Under the pieces are notes generated by a model, which saw nothing but the letters and a program-made list of their open reading frames with translations, was not told the origin of the DNA and did not search any database. Shown here in pieces: positions 41,976-55,062 of a stretch of 64,000 nucleotides of DNA (positions within the stretch are counted from its first letter, which is position 1; each line of letters starts with the position of its first letter). The DNA is from the human T2T-CHM13v2.0 reference genome, Homo sapiens, in the NCBI RefSeq assembly GCF_009914755.1, contig NC_060941.1; one strand, 5' to 3'. Position numbers and translations under genes: made by a program.

Positions 41976-42983
41976 CCTTAGTGCCATCCCCCAGGCTTTT
42001 TCCAGGATGGGATTTTATGTGATTGTTTCGAATAGGTGGAAATCTCTGCTCATTTAGGAGTCGTTCAATGTAACAAGGATCTTGGTCTTCACAGAGACCC
42101 TAAACGCGTGTGGCCCAGGGTCATGTGGATGCCATCAGCCACTAGGTGGCAGCAGGGGCCCTTTGGATTTGAACAATGCAGCTCAGTCAGAGGGCTGGAC
42201 TGGGACACCCCTACTCATGGTCTCTCTTGGCATGGTTTTGTTTGGTGACTCCAGGTGTCCCAACCTCCTGTGTCCATTGTAATATGTCCTGGGACCATCT
42301 CCCCCAGGGCCTTCAACCTCTCCTTGCTATCCTGGCTACTGATGGAAGATGTACCTCAAGCCTGTCCCATTCCTCACTTCCTGCTGAGACCTGGCCCCAA
42401 CATGGCCAGCTCTATGTTCCTCAGACCCTCTCAGGCCACCTTCTCTCTTCTAGGCACTGTCACTGGGCTTCTCCCCACCCCATAGATCCACAGCCCCCAG
42501 GTAGTCCTACAGCTGTGTCCACTCGTGCAGCCTGCACCCCCTTCCCCTACTCGGCCACCCCATCTGAGTAGTAAGGGGCCCCTGCCTGATTGGAGACCCC
42601 CAGATGCAGACCCAGATCACACAGCACACTGATAAGAGGAGGGATTCCCACCTTAAAAGAAAGGCGTGGGACCAACCCCAGATCCCACCACTCTCGGCCT
42701 CAAGGGCAGGCATGACTAGAGGCCCTTGGTGGCCAGGACCCACTGCCTTCTTCACCGATCAGTTGGCATGGCCTCTCACCAGTGTTCCCTCCTAACACAC
42801 CTGTTCTCTCTCTCACACACCCTAAAGCCGCTTGCCAACCACCTGTCACACAGCCACTCCATGCCTGTTGCTGCTTGGCACCCACTGGGGGCCAGGGATG
42901 TGAACAAACCTCATCTAAGCTGGCTGCCGGGTCCTAATGGGCAGGTCCGGTCCGCCCTCTAGGAGAGGTGCTGTCCGGTGAGG

Positions 42984-42990
42984 CATAAAA
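42984..42990 (+). promoter_or_regulatory. TATA-like box of SCGB1C2
   Basis: CATAAAA starts 48 bp upstream of the ATG at 43032. Confidence 0.6.
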
Positions 42991-43031
42991 TCCCGGGATT
43001 CTGGCTGGAGGCAGCTCCTGAGACTGCCGGC

Positions 43032-43086
43032 ATGAAGGGGAGCCGTGCCCTCCTGCTGGTGGCCCTCACCCTGTTCTGCATCTGCC
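43032..43086 (+). CDS. SCGB1C2: Secretoglobin family 1C member 2, coding exon 1 (signal peptide MKGSRALLLVALTLFCIC)
   Basis: ATG in context ggcATGa, a hydrophobic signal peptide, and a phase-1 donor C|gtgagt. Confidence 0.93.
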
Positions 43087-43534
43087 GTGAGTCTGTGCCA
43101 CTGGGGTTTCCAGAACATTCAGGGGCGGGGGGGAGTGGGGGGTACCTGAGAAGGTAAAATCCTGGCATCGGGCCTCTGCAGTGAACACTCCACCTGCTTC
43201 TGTCACAGAAGTGGGCAAGGACCCTGCAGAACCCGCGCCCACCCTACTCCACCCCAACCAAGGACAAAGCCCAGCTGACCCAACACCAGCCCAGTGTCTC
43301 CTACCCCAGCCCAGTCCAGCCTGACCTGACCCTTCAAGCCTCTGGTCATAATAGCCTCTCATCAGGGGAAATTTCCCCCACACCAGGAGCTTAACTTTCC
43401 TTCCCTGGTGATCCCAGGGAATGCTGAGTGGAAATTGGAGCAGCTAAGATTAAGGGGGATGTGGAGGGGTCTTCGGGCAAGGTGGAGTTGGAGGTGTTGT
43501 GGAGGAAGCCCTGGGGAGGAGAGGTGGGCATTGA

Positions 43535-43846
<312 letters not shown>

Positions 43847-44353
43847 TGAGGGCGGCGGGCACCCCATTTTCTAAAGATCTGCAGCCTTACCAAGACCACC
43901 CAACACAGCACCCACACAGCCTACCCCACCCACAGACATCCACCACCCACAGACATTGCACCCGCATCAGCCAGCTCAGGTGGACACCCCAGACCTCCTG
44001 TCCACCGAGCAGCCCCCAGACTCCATAGACCTCCTCCCCAGTCTGTGGGATACTCCTCCATGCACACATGTGAACATACACAGAGATCCAAACACAGGTG
44101 CAGACATGAAATGTACACTGCGTGCACACATGTATAAACAGGTTCACACCCACATGCTCACACTGGGATATGCACACACATACATGTGTGCACACCATCA
44201 CATGTGCACACACACCTCCCAGCTGCTGGGAGGAGATAGGCAGCAATATGCCAGACCCCCCCCCCCCCACTGAGGGCCTTGCTTGCCTGATGGAGCTGTG
44301 GCTCTCCACTTATTGAGCACAGCCCTCTTAGTCCACATGTGTCTGCCTTCCAG

Positions 44354-44386
44354 GTGCAAGTGCTGGGCAGTCAGGACGGTGCCTAA
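44354..44386 (+). CDS. SCGB1C2: Secretoglobin 1C2 coding exon 3 (VQVLGSQDGA*)
   Basis: ccttccag acceptor and TAA stop. Total CDS is 55+200+33 = 288 nt, or 95 aa. Confidence 0.93.
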   Translation: MQVLGSQDGA

Positions 44387-44493
44387 GTGGACCTCAGACA
44401 TGGCTCAGCCATAGGACCTGCCACACAAGCAGCCGTGGACACAACGCCCACTACCACCTCCCACATGGAAATGTATCCTCAAACCGTTTAATC

Positions 44494-44499
44494 AATAAA
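44494..44499 (+). terminator. SCGB1C2 polyadenylation signal
   Basis: AATAAA about 108 nt after the stop codon. Confidence 0.85.
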
Positions 44500-44530
44500 G
44501 CCTCTTCCGCAGCTCAGGCTCCTGTCTCTG

Positions 44531-45295
44531 CCCCCACAGAGGGGCACACAAATGGGGACATCAGGAACACACTCGAGGCCACAGCCACACACACAGACCC
44601 ACATACAGAGGATCCCACTCAAGGAGCACACGTGCAAAAGTCCCCACAGAGGGACACACAAATGGGGACATCAGGAACACAGGGCCACAGCCACACACAC
44701 AGACCCACATACAGAGGATCCTACTCAAGGAGCACACGTGCGAAAGTCCCCCACAGAGGGACACACAAATGGGGACATCAGGAACACAGGGCCACAGCCA
44801 CACACACAGACCCACATACAGAGGATCCCACTCAAGGAGCACACGTGCGAAAGTCCCCACAGAGGGGCACACAAGTGGGGACATCAGGAACACAGGGCCA
44901 CAGCCACACACACAGACCCACACACAGAGGATCCCACTCAAGGAGCACACGTGCGAAAGTCCCCACAGAGGGGCACACAAATGGGGACATCAGGAACACA
45001 GGGCCACAGCCACACACACAGACCCACATACAGAGGATCCCACTCAAGAAGCACAAGTGCGAAAGTCCCCACAGAGGGGCACACAAATGGGGACATCAGG
45101 AACACACTCGGGGCCACAGCCACACACACAGACCCACATACAGAGGATCCCACTCAAGGAGCACACGTGCAAAAGTCCCCACAGAGGGGCACACAAGTGG
45201 GGACATCAGGAACACAGGGCCACAGCCACACACACAGACCCACATACAGAGGATCCCACTCAAGGAACACACGTGTGAAAGTCCCCACAGAGGTA
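44531..45295. repeat. ~106-bp minisatellite (~7 copies)
   Basis: Unit ccccacagaggggcacacaaatggggacatcaggaacacagggccacagccacacacacagacccacatacagaggatcccactcaaggagcacacgtgcgaaagt. Confidence 0.95.
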
Positions 45296-46039
45296 CACAC
45301 AGGGTCCACACAGGAGCAGGCACACCACAGGCAAGACCCAAAATGGAAATCCAGGCAGACGCCACGCAGGCAGGTGGACAGAGCACAGAGCCAGACAACA
45401 CTGCGTGGTCGTCCGGAGGGGGCGTCTGGAGGGGGCGTCCGGAGGGAGACGGGCGGCAGAGGCAGCGGTATGAGGCGGGAGCCCCAGAAAGAGGAAGTGT
45501 CCAGGACTGGGTGGACACAGACCCCATGTCGCCCATGGGCTAGGTCAGGGCGGGGGTGCTCAGCATCTGAAAGCTGGTGTCGAGCCCCAAGAGGACCCCT
45601 GACAAGGCCAAGAAAAAGGTACACCCATGTCCAAGGGGGTTGGGAGCCGCAGGTGAGCAGCCTCTGAGGTCAGCCAGGGCAGCCCCAGCGCCCACACTGA
45701 CTCACACCCACCACAACCAGCACAGACCCTGATCCTGACCCTGGATCCCAGACTCTCCCACAGCCAGAACCTTCCAGCATTTCAGCTGCCCAATCTATGG
45801 TCTCTTCTGGGGGCACAGCTGAGTGGAACCGCCCCATCCTTGGCCACCCTGGGTGCTGAGCCCTGACACTTCACTGCCCCGGCCCTCCTCTCCACACCTC
45901 TGTCCTGTCTGAGCCTGGCAAGGGGGCCATGCGGTGCTGTCGGCTCTGTGCTCTGTCCCACCTGCCTACATGGTATCTGCCTGGATTTCCATTTGGCTGA
46001 GGGAGCCCTAGGGAGGGGGCCCTGGAGGACTTGGTTACA

Positions 46040-46970
46040 GGGGACCTGGTGAGGGGACCCAGTGAGGGGGACTTCATGGGTGGGTGCCTGGTTGAGGGGA
46101 CCTGGTGAAAGAAACATGGTGAGGGGGCCTGGTGAGGGGTGGTCTGGTGAGGGAACTTAGGGAAACCTGGTGAGGAGGACCTGGTGAGGGGACATGGGGG
46201 GGACCTTGGTGAGGGGACCTGGTGAGGGGACATAGGGGGGCCTTGGTGAGCGGACCTGGTGAGGGAACTTAGGGAAACCTGGTGAGGAGGACCTGGTGAG
46301 GGGACATGGGGGGGACCTTGGTGAGGGGACCTGGTGAGGGGACATAGGGGGGCCTTGGTGAGCGGACCTGGTGAGGGAACTTAGGGAAACCTGGTGAGGA
46401 GGACCTGGTGAGGGGACATGGGGGGGACCTTGGTGAGGGGACCTGGTGAGGGGACATAGGGGGGCCTTGGTGAGCGGACCTGGTGAGGGAACTTAGGGAA
46501 ACCTGGTGAGGAGGACCTGGTGAGGGGACATGGGGGGGACCTTGGTGAGGGGACCTGGTGAGGGGACATAGGGGGGCCTTGGTGAGCGGACCTGGTGAGG
46601 GAACTTAGGGAAACCTGGTGAGGAGGACCTGGTGAGGGGACATGGGGGGGACCTTGGTGAGGGGACCTGGTGAGGGGACATGGGGGGGACCTGGTGAGGG
46701 GACATGGGGGGGACCTTGGTGAGGGGAGCATGGTGAGGGGAACATGGGTGGGGAGCCTTGGTGAGGGGACCTGGTGAGGGGACATGGGGGGGACCTTGGT
46801 GAGGGGAGCATGGTGAGGGGAACATGGGTGGGGAGCCTTGGTGAGGGGACCTGGTGAGGAGGACCTGGTGAGGGGGACCTGGTGAGGGGAACACGGTGAG
46901 GGGAACATGGTCAGGGGGACTTATAGGGGTGTCCTGTTGGGGGGACCTGGTGGTGAGATCTGGTGAGGGG
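46040..46970. repeat. G-rich minisatellite: ~14-bp monomers (acctggtgagggg) organised as a 112-bp higher-order unit
   Basis: Minus-strand ORF ends recur at 46157, 46269, 46381, 46493 and 46605, a step of 112. Confidence 0.95.
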
Positions 46971-47124
46971 ATCAAAGGCAGAAGCCATTGTCTTGGTCAC
47001 ATAGACAGAATCTAGAACCTGTCATCCCACAGAGCCACATTCTAGAGTTTAGAGTGGGGGACCTCTCCCCAATTCTGTAAGCCCATGAGGAGAGAGGAAG
47101 GCCTTTCTCTCCATGCTCCTTTTG

Positions 47125-47193
47125 CCTAACCCTAACCCTAACCACCCTAACCCTGACTCTGACCCTGACCCTGACCCTGACCCTGACCCTAAC
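47125..47193 (-). repeat. Interstitial telomeric sequence 2 (CCCTAA plus CCCTGA)
   Basis: cctaaccctaaccctaaccaccctaaccctgactctgaccctgaccctgaccctgaccctgaccctaac. Confidence 0.92.
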
Positions 47194-47269
47194 TGGACCC
47201 GCACATCTGAGCCTGCGTTTCCGTTTCCCCGAGAGACCCCGGACTCCCTCCCCCAAGGACAGGAACGCA

Positions 47270-47675
47270 ACGCACTGGCAGAGCTCGCTGATTGGATGGG
47301 GGAGAGAAGTGGGCGGAGTGAGCACTAGGAGATCCTGTCATTGGATAAGAAAGAGAAGTGGGCAGGGTGGGCACTGGTAGAGTCTCTACTGGTTGGATAG
47401 GAGCGAGAAGCGGGCGGGGCTAGCACTGAGATCCTGCAATTGGACGGGCATGAAGTAGGTGGGGCGAGCACTGAGGAGACCCTGCCAATTGGACAAGAGA
47501 GAGAAGTGGGCGGAGTAAGCATTGGTAAAGCCTGCTGATTGGGCAAGAGACAGGAGTGGTAGGAGCAAGGACTGCGGAGAAGGCTGCTATTGGATGTTAG
47601 GGAAAAGAGGGCGGAACAAGAAGGTGGCGAGCTCTGCAGATTGGACAGGAGAGATAAGCAGGAGGAGCGAGCAAT
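47270..47675. promoter_or_regulatory. Degenerate ~50-bp tandem repeat (8 copies), each with an inverted CCAAT box and a GC-box-like motif
   Basis: ATTGG at 47291, 47340, 47439, 47488, 47538, 47589 and 47640, with GTTGG at 47392. GGGCGG at 47311, 47412, 47508 and 47609. Confidence 0.6.
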
Positions 47676-47794
47676 GAATGGAGCCAGCGGTGAAAAGAGC
47701 CCTGATAACTAGACAGGGGAGAGCAGTGGAACCAGAATTCAGGTTACGGTCACGGTGACAGCCGGAAAGGAAATTCCAGCATGGATGCCGACCG

Positions 47795-47993
47795 CACCAA
47801 CCCAAAACTATGACCCGAGTCCTAACCCACCCTAACCCGGCCAAAACCGAACACCCAACCCTGACTAAATGCGAAACGCTGACCCGGACCTGGACCTGGA
47901 CCTAGTACGAACCCAAGCCTGAACCCTAACCCCTAACCCCTAATCCTGATCCTAGACCCTAACCCCGACCCTAAACCCTGACCCTGACCCTGA
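47795..47993 (-). repeat. Interstitial telomeric sequence 3 (highly degenerate)
   Basis: Mixed cctaac, ccctga, ggacct and cccga hexamers, e.g. aaccctaacccctaacccctaatcctgatcctagaccctaaccccgaccctaaaccctgaccctgaccctga. Confidence 0.85.
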
Positions 47994-48226
47994 AGGGGGA
48001 CATAGAGGAAAGAGATTGAGAGGTTTGCATATTCAATGACATACATTTTCTTCGTTAGTCGATGTTAGAAAGCAAAGGCTTTTATCTCGAGAAATTTCTG
48101 ACCTAAAGAATGATGTACAATAAACTGTATTCAACAATTGATCAACATTTTCTAACAAGGTGGAATGAAAATATAAAGTGTGGGGATTGCTACTAGTCCT
48201 AATACACTAATCTGTGGTTAGGAAGG

Positions 48227-48232
48227 TTTATT
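48227..48232 (-). terminator. Candidate distal poly(A) signal of DOC2B
   Basis: tttatt is AATAAA on the minus strand, about 4.5 kb after the stop, in an AT-rich patch. An alternative AGTAAA lies at 48983-48988. Confidence 0.5.
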
Positions 48233-48603
48233 TTTTTCCCTCCAAACCTAAGCAGTACATGTCTTAAATTACCTTCCAAAACGTAAGACTCTTGGAGCCT
48301 CAGACGGGCTGGCGTTAGTCAATACTCCACGGCTGTTTGTTGGATGAGTGGACAACAGCATGGTCGACAGGTCCTGGTGCAAAATGTCTTGGGCTGCCTC
48401 AGTTTGAATCCTGCTTCTGCCATCGACCAGCCGTGTGATTCTGTAAAAGTATTTTAACCTCTCTGGGCCTTAGTTTCCCCATCTGTAACTTGAGGGCCTA
48501 CCTCAAATGGGTCCCTGGTGAAGAGTAACAAGACTATATCCGGAGTAGGTTTCAGTTGCCTTTTCCTCCGTCTTTCCACCCTCCCCTCCTACCCTTCCAA
48601 ATA

Positions 48604-48915
48604 TTTTTTTTTTTTTTTTTGACAAGGTCTCCCTCTGTTGCCCAGGCTGGAGTGCGGTGGCGTGATCTCGGCTCACTGCAATCCCCACTTTCCAGGCTCA
48701 AGCGATCCTCCTCCTCCTACCTCAGCCTCCTGAAAAGCTGGGGCTACAGGTGTGTGCCACCACGCTAGGCTAATTGTCATTGTGTGTGTCTCTGTGTGTG
48801 TAGAGGCGTGGTTTCTCCATGTTGACCAGGCTGGTCTCGAACTCCAGGCCTCAAGCAATTCTCCCACCTCGACCTCCAAAAGTGCTAGGACTTACAGGCG
48901 TGAGCCACCGCCCCC
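48604..48915 (-). mobile_element. Alu (AluJ-like) in the putative DOC2B 3' UTR
   Basis: Poly-T followed by antisense Alu arms. Confidence 0.92.
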
Positions 48916-49149
48916 ACCCCTTCAAATCTATTAAAAGGTGAGAGTCTCGCCAAGGCAATGAGATCGCAATATGACGTTTCCATTTACTTTGGATTATATG
49001 TCATTATAAATATTAACAAATAAGACTTAAAAAGGACACCTTCGGGTAGGTCAGACCAAAATACAAAACTTGTCTGTGGGACTGCAGTTTGAGGACAGTG
49101 TCTGCAGCCGTCACATGGCAGCAAAACGGGGTTAAGCAGTGCACGAGAG

Positions 49150-49390
49150 TCTGCGTCGACGACAGCCAGAGTCCATGCATCGGGAGGTTCACTCGGTTTG
49201 CGAAGGAACAACGGGCTCGGCATGCACGGCCCGGGCTCGGCGGGCGGACGGGCCGGGGCGCAGTTCCCCGCGCTCGCCACTAGAGGTCAGGAGGTGACCG
49301 CTTCGGGGCTGGAAGACGGGCCCGTCGGGGATTGGCGCAGGCGGCGGGCGGGGCGGCGGGCGGGGCGGCGCTGGAGGCAGCGCCTGGTTA
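49150..49390. promoter_or_regulatory. Small CpG island with GC boxes and a CTCF-like motif
   Basis: Dense CpG, ggcgggcggggcggcgggcggggcgg, and CCACTAGAGGTCAG at 49277-49290. Confidence 0.55.
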
Positions 49391-49520
49391 CTGACACCTG
49401 GAATGACTTTTTTTTTTTTTTGGCATCAGATTTCCTGTCTTTGTGGGGATGATGGACCCGAGTAAAGATGCCCATTCGGGGTCAAAGGCAGAGCCGCTTC
49501 TGCAGCTTCTCAAAGCGTTG

Positions 49521-49812
49521 TTTGTTTTTTTTCTGAGACGGAGTCTTGCTCTGTCGCCCAGGCTGGAGTGCAGTGCCGCGATCTTGGCTCACTGCAGCCT
49601 TCACCTCCCGGGTTCAAGCGATTCTCGTGCCTCAGCCTCCCTGAGTAGCTGGGACTACAGGCGTGCGCCACCACACCCGGCTAATTTTTGTATTTTTAGT
49701 AGAGATGGGGTTTCGCCCTGTTGGCCAGGCGGGTTTCGAACTCCTGACCTCAGGTGATCCGCCAGCCTCGGCCTCCCAAAGTGCTGCAATTACAGGCGTG
49801 AGCCATCGTGCC
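49521..49812 (-). mobile_element. Alu (AluS-like)
   Basis: Antisense full-length Alu. Confidence 0.95.
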
Positions 49813-52698
49813 TCAAAACGCTTTAACAGAAAGACAATCTGCACGGGATCTAAAAGGGTGCTGAGATCCTAGGGAAGGAAGGATCCAAACTTCCTGGGGA
49901 GTTCCTGCCCGAGTGCCTGTGCTGCCCCTGGGCTGGCTGGCCAGTAAGCCCGCCTCCCAGCCTGACTGTCCCCATCTTTCGGTCCCAGCCCCATTTGCAC
50001 AGCCTGGGCAGTAGAGGGCCCTGGACTGGGGGGCTGGAGTTCTGGGTTCTTGTCCCAGCTGTGCCCCTTCAGGCCCCTTTCACCCACTGGGCCTCACATT
50101 CCCCATGTGCCTAATAAGGAAGTCATGGTAGGTGGGGGGTACAGCCTCTTCTCGCTTTGCCATTCACTTCTGTGTCTTCAGAGAGGCTGTCAAATCTCCT
50201 CTCTGAATGAGACCCCCAAAAAAGCAAAGCTAAGAAGATACCCAGAGCTTAACTAGACACCAGGCCTTTTAGAAATAGACCACCTCTTACCTTAGGCCCC
50301 CAGAGGGTGCCCATTCTGTGTGGAGAAAAGAGGAGCCCTTGCCTCAGCCCCCAGAGGCTAGGGTGGGGTGGCTGAGTTTTGGGGCCAGGTTAGACACCTC
50401 TGGGGAAGCCTGAAGTAGCACGGATGGTTTCAAAGCCAGCGGATGAGGTGGCAGGACAGTGACAAGACCCCAGGTCTCCATCATGCACCTGAGCTTACTG
50501 AGCCTTCACCTGGTGTCTCTGCTGAGTCTCCGACAGACCAAGAGGGAAGGGACTGGGGGTACCGACCTCCAGAGAGAGAAAGTGGCAGTCAGAGGACCTG
50601 GGTTTGAGTCCTGGTTCACCCCTTCCTGGCTGTGTGGCCTTGGCAAACTACTCAGACTCTGGGAACCTGTTTCACCTGCAAGATGGGGATGAGAATCAAA
50701 CCCACCTTGCAGGGCTGTGAACATGCGTTCAGACCAGTGCATGCAAAAACCTTCACACAAAAACCCTTCCTAAAGGCAGGGAGACAAGTCTCCAGGAGCA
50801 GCAGGTGGCCAGGGACTGTGTGGGGGCTGGGGTCCTGTTTTCCCCGCAACCTGGGAAAGGCCTGATGGGCACTTGGTAGGATTCAAATCATAACCCTGGA
50901 CCTCAGGTGGTGGTGTGCTTTGTGTCTGCAGTGGAAGGTCCCACCGTCGTGCCTGTGAGTCCCTCTATCGGTGTTGAAGGGGTGGGCAGCAGGCGGGGGA
51001 GCCCCAGGCTGGCAGCTAGCAGGACCTCTCTGGTGTGAGCTCAGCACGCCAATTCCCCTGAAGCGTGGTGTCCAGCACTCTGGGCTGGGGGCTGTGGATC
51101 CTGGTTCCAGCTGTGTGGGGCCTGGAAGGCCCTGGGCAGGTCACCTGACCTCTCTGTGCCTGTTTCCATCACACACTGATGGGCTGAGCACACTGGGACT
51201 CTGGCTGTGCAACTCCTTGGCTCTGCATTTGTTCACCCAGCGTTCCTGAGGGGCCCTTGGTAGGCAGAGAAAGTTTGTGGGCTTCAGGCATGGGCCCCAA
51301 GATTCAGATACTCTCAAGCCTCCTGGGGAGTCTCACTCAGGGGAGCAGACAGGCCCACCAGCCAGGGTGATTCTTGCTCAGCTCCTGGAGGGTGGAGCTG
51401 GCCCCACAGGCCTCCCCAAAGACAAGGCCCTGGACGGCCACTGATTACTCCCAAAAGGGACATCTGTGGCGGTAGTGGGACCAAGATGCCACGAGCAAGC
51501 ACCCGGAGGCCCCCAGTGTGAGCCATGGAGTGGAGGGGAGGGGAAAGGGCAGAGTCAGGACGTGTAGGAATGCTTGCTTTTTTTCCCAAGCACAAGGGAC
51601 CCTTTTCTCCACTGCAGCTGACCTGATGCTTATGCCAGGAAGGAGGAGGGGCGGGCTCCGTCCTTGAGGTCCCTCAGGAGTAGAAAGAGATCAGAGTGGG
51701 AGACTTGGGTCTGAGGTCTGAACTTGAGCCTACACCAGTTTCTCCATGGTGTTTCCATCACGTCCCCCACCTCCTGCCTCGAGCCTCACACCTTCCTAAC
51801 AAACCCTCCCCTGGAGAGGAGACCCTGGGTCCACAGCACCCCGGCCCCACTGGCTTTCTCTCTCCAGGCGTTTTAGACCACTCCCACTGCCTGGACTGCT
51901 TTTAGAAGCCCTCACTCACCCTCCAAGGCCTTACGGAAGCACCGCCTCCTCCAGGAAGCCGTCCCTGACCTCCCGGCAGAGTCAGCAGAGCCCACGGTAC
52001 TTGCAGACTGGCCAAGCTGGTCTTGGTATTTCTCACCCCAGTTGGAATGGTTTGTTCCCAGCTTCCTGACTAGATGGGAACTCCCTGAGGGCAGGCCCTG
52101 TGTCTCATTCACCCCCAGGGCTTGTGGAATCATTGAGTGAAGCATGTGCCAATTTACCCATCATCAGGAGCCTCCGGGAACTCTGGCAGACTTTCGGCCG
52201 GCAGGCCCGCTTCTTCCATCTGTCCAGCAGCGAAGGAGATGAGGGATGCAGTTAGGCTTTCTTGGGCTGGAGCAGCCAGTCTTCAAGGTCCCATCCTCCA
52301 CCTGTCTGTCTGCTCACCACCTCCCTCCTCTGTTCCCACTGTCCGCCAAGGCGCCCCCACACTCCTGTCCTCTCAGCCGGGGCTGGCCTCTAGAAGGGTC
52401 TTTGCTCCCAGATGGGCGTGTCCCCTTCCCCTGGGCAGGTGCTGAGGTCTCTTTCCACCACCGGCCTCTTGGGCCCCAGAGAGCTGAGAGCCCCCCACCC
52501 CAGCTCCTTGCCCTCCCCGTCCCAGAGTGGCTGAGCCCTCCACATCCTCCGAGCGGGGACTGCAGTGGCTCTGTGTCCAAGCAGGGGTTCTGGATCTCCC
52601 CCAGTGTGGGGGCCACAGGCCTTGGTGGCTGCTGGGGAAGCCCGGGGCCGGCCGTGCTGGGCGCAGGTGGCGGCAGGGGTAGCAGTGGCGGGTGGGCG

Positions 52699-53629
<931 letters not shown>

Positions 53630-54365
53630 TCAGTGCTCAGAGTGGATGATGGGTGGATGCTCACATGTCTCGCCCACTTCCCCCTGAGCTCCACTGGGGT
53701 CTTCAGGGCCCCTGTCCCCTCGCCCGCTTGCTCCTTGTCCCTGAGCCTGCTCTCCCCACACCCCGGGAGCCTCCTGACTGCAGAGGCACTGCACGCCCCA
53801 CAGTCCTTGTCATCCTGGCCCTCTCTGGGGCCTGGCTTTGCTGACCCCTCCCTTCTCTGTGGGACCCTCCCTTCCATCCGGGGTTCCCCTCACTCTCTGG
53901 AAGCATCTTGACCTCCCCTGCCTGCCTCTGGATCACTGGTGTGGTGTGGGCTCTACCCAAGGCCCCTCTGCTCTTCTTTCCTTCTTGTTCCTTGGGGGGA
54001 ATCCGCATTTCCAGCTGTACTTGCCGCCTTGGGCGGAAGACTTCCTGGGGCCCCAGGGTGTCTCGAGTCCCCTTGCCCCACACAGAGTTTCTCCCCATCT
54101 TCCTCACCCCCTCTTTGCCCTGTTGCCTCCATGAGGAACCCAGGACTCCCCTCAACACTTCCCTCCCCCCAGCCCTACATCCGACAAGTCCTGCCAAGAG
54201 CTTTCCAGGGGTCCCCCAGCTCCCCTGTGTCTGTGGCTTGGTGCGGCCCCTCCCCACCGTCTCTGACCACCCTCCCCATCCCGCCATGACCTTTTGAAAA
54301 CCCAGCCACACCCCCACTGCTGTGGGGCAGAGGAATGGCCTTCATGAAGCTTCACCAGCCCCTCA

Positions 54366-54491
<126 letters not shown>

Positions 54492-54814
54492 CTATGGGGT
54501 ATAGATCAAGCCAGCAGGTATTCAAAGAGCTTTCTGTCCCTGGAGAGAGATTCCTGGGCCCTTCTTTTGTCCTAATCATTGGATTTTCCCAACGCTATTT
54601 TGTGGCAAAGGCGAGACGTTGTTTTCGAGAAGCAAGTGGTCCCTTCATCCACCGCACTTCTGTTCACACACACATTCCTGAAGTTAACCCTGGGGGGCGC
54701 CCTCCATCCCCCTAGGAAAGGGGTTTTTCCTCATTTCTGGAAGTCTAATTTTCATAAAGCTCACATTTCCCACCAGAACAGAGTTTTTAGCAGAGTTGGT
54801 CTCTTGTTCAAACT

Positions 54815-55062
54815 TCTTTTTTTTTTTCAGATGGCTGACTGCAACCTCTGCCTCCCGGGTTCAAGTGATTCTCCTGCCTCAGCCTCCAGAGTAGCTGGGA
54901 CTACAGGCATGTGCCGCCATGCGCAGGTAATTTTTGTATTTTCAGTAGAGACAGGGTTTCACCATGTTGGCCAGGCTGGTCTCTAGCTCCTGACCTCAGG
55001 TGATCCACCTGCCTCGGCCTCCCAAAGTGCTGGGATTACAGGCGTGAGCCACCACCCCCGGC
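54815..55062 (-). mobile_element. Alu, partly deleted (AluS-like)
   Basis: Antisense Alu arms. Confidence 0.92.

Noticed and set aside
44552-46975. Overlapping 150-370 aa His/Pro/Thr-rich ORFs
   Set aside because: They come from the 106-bp and 112-bp minisatellites and are low-complexity and open in several frames.
48604-49812. Inverted-Alu hairpin in the DOC2B 3' UTR
   Set aside because: Both Alus have the same orientation.
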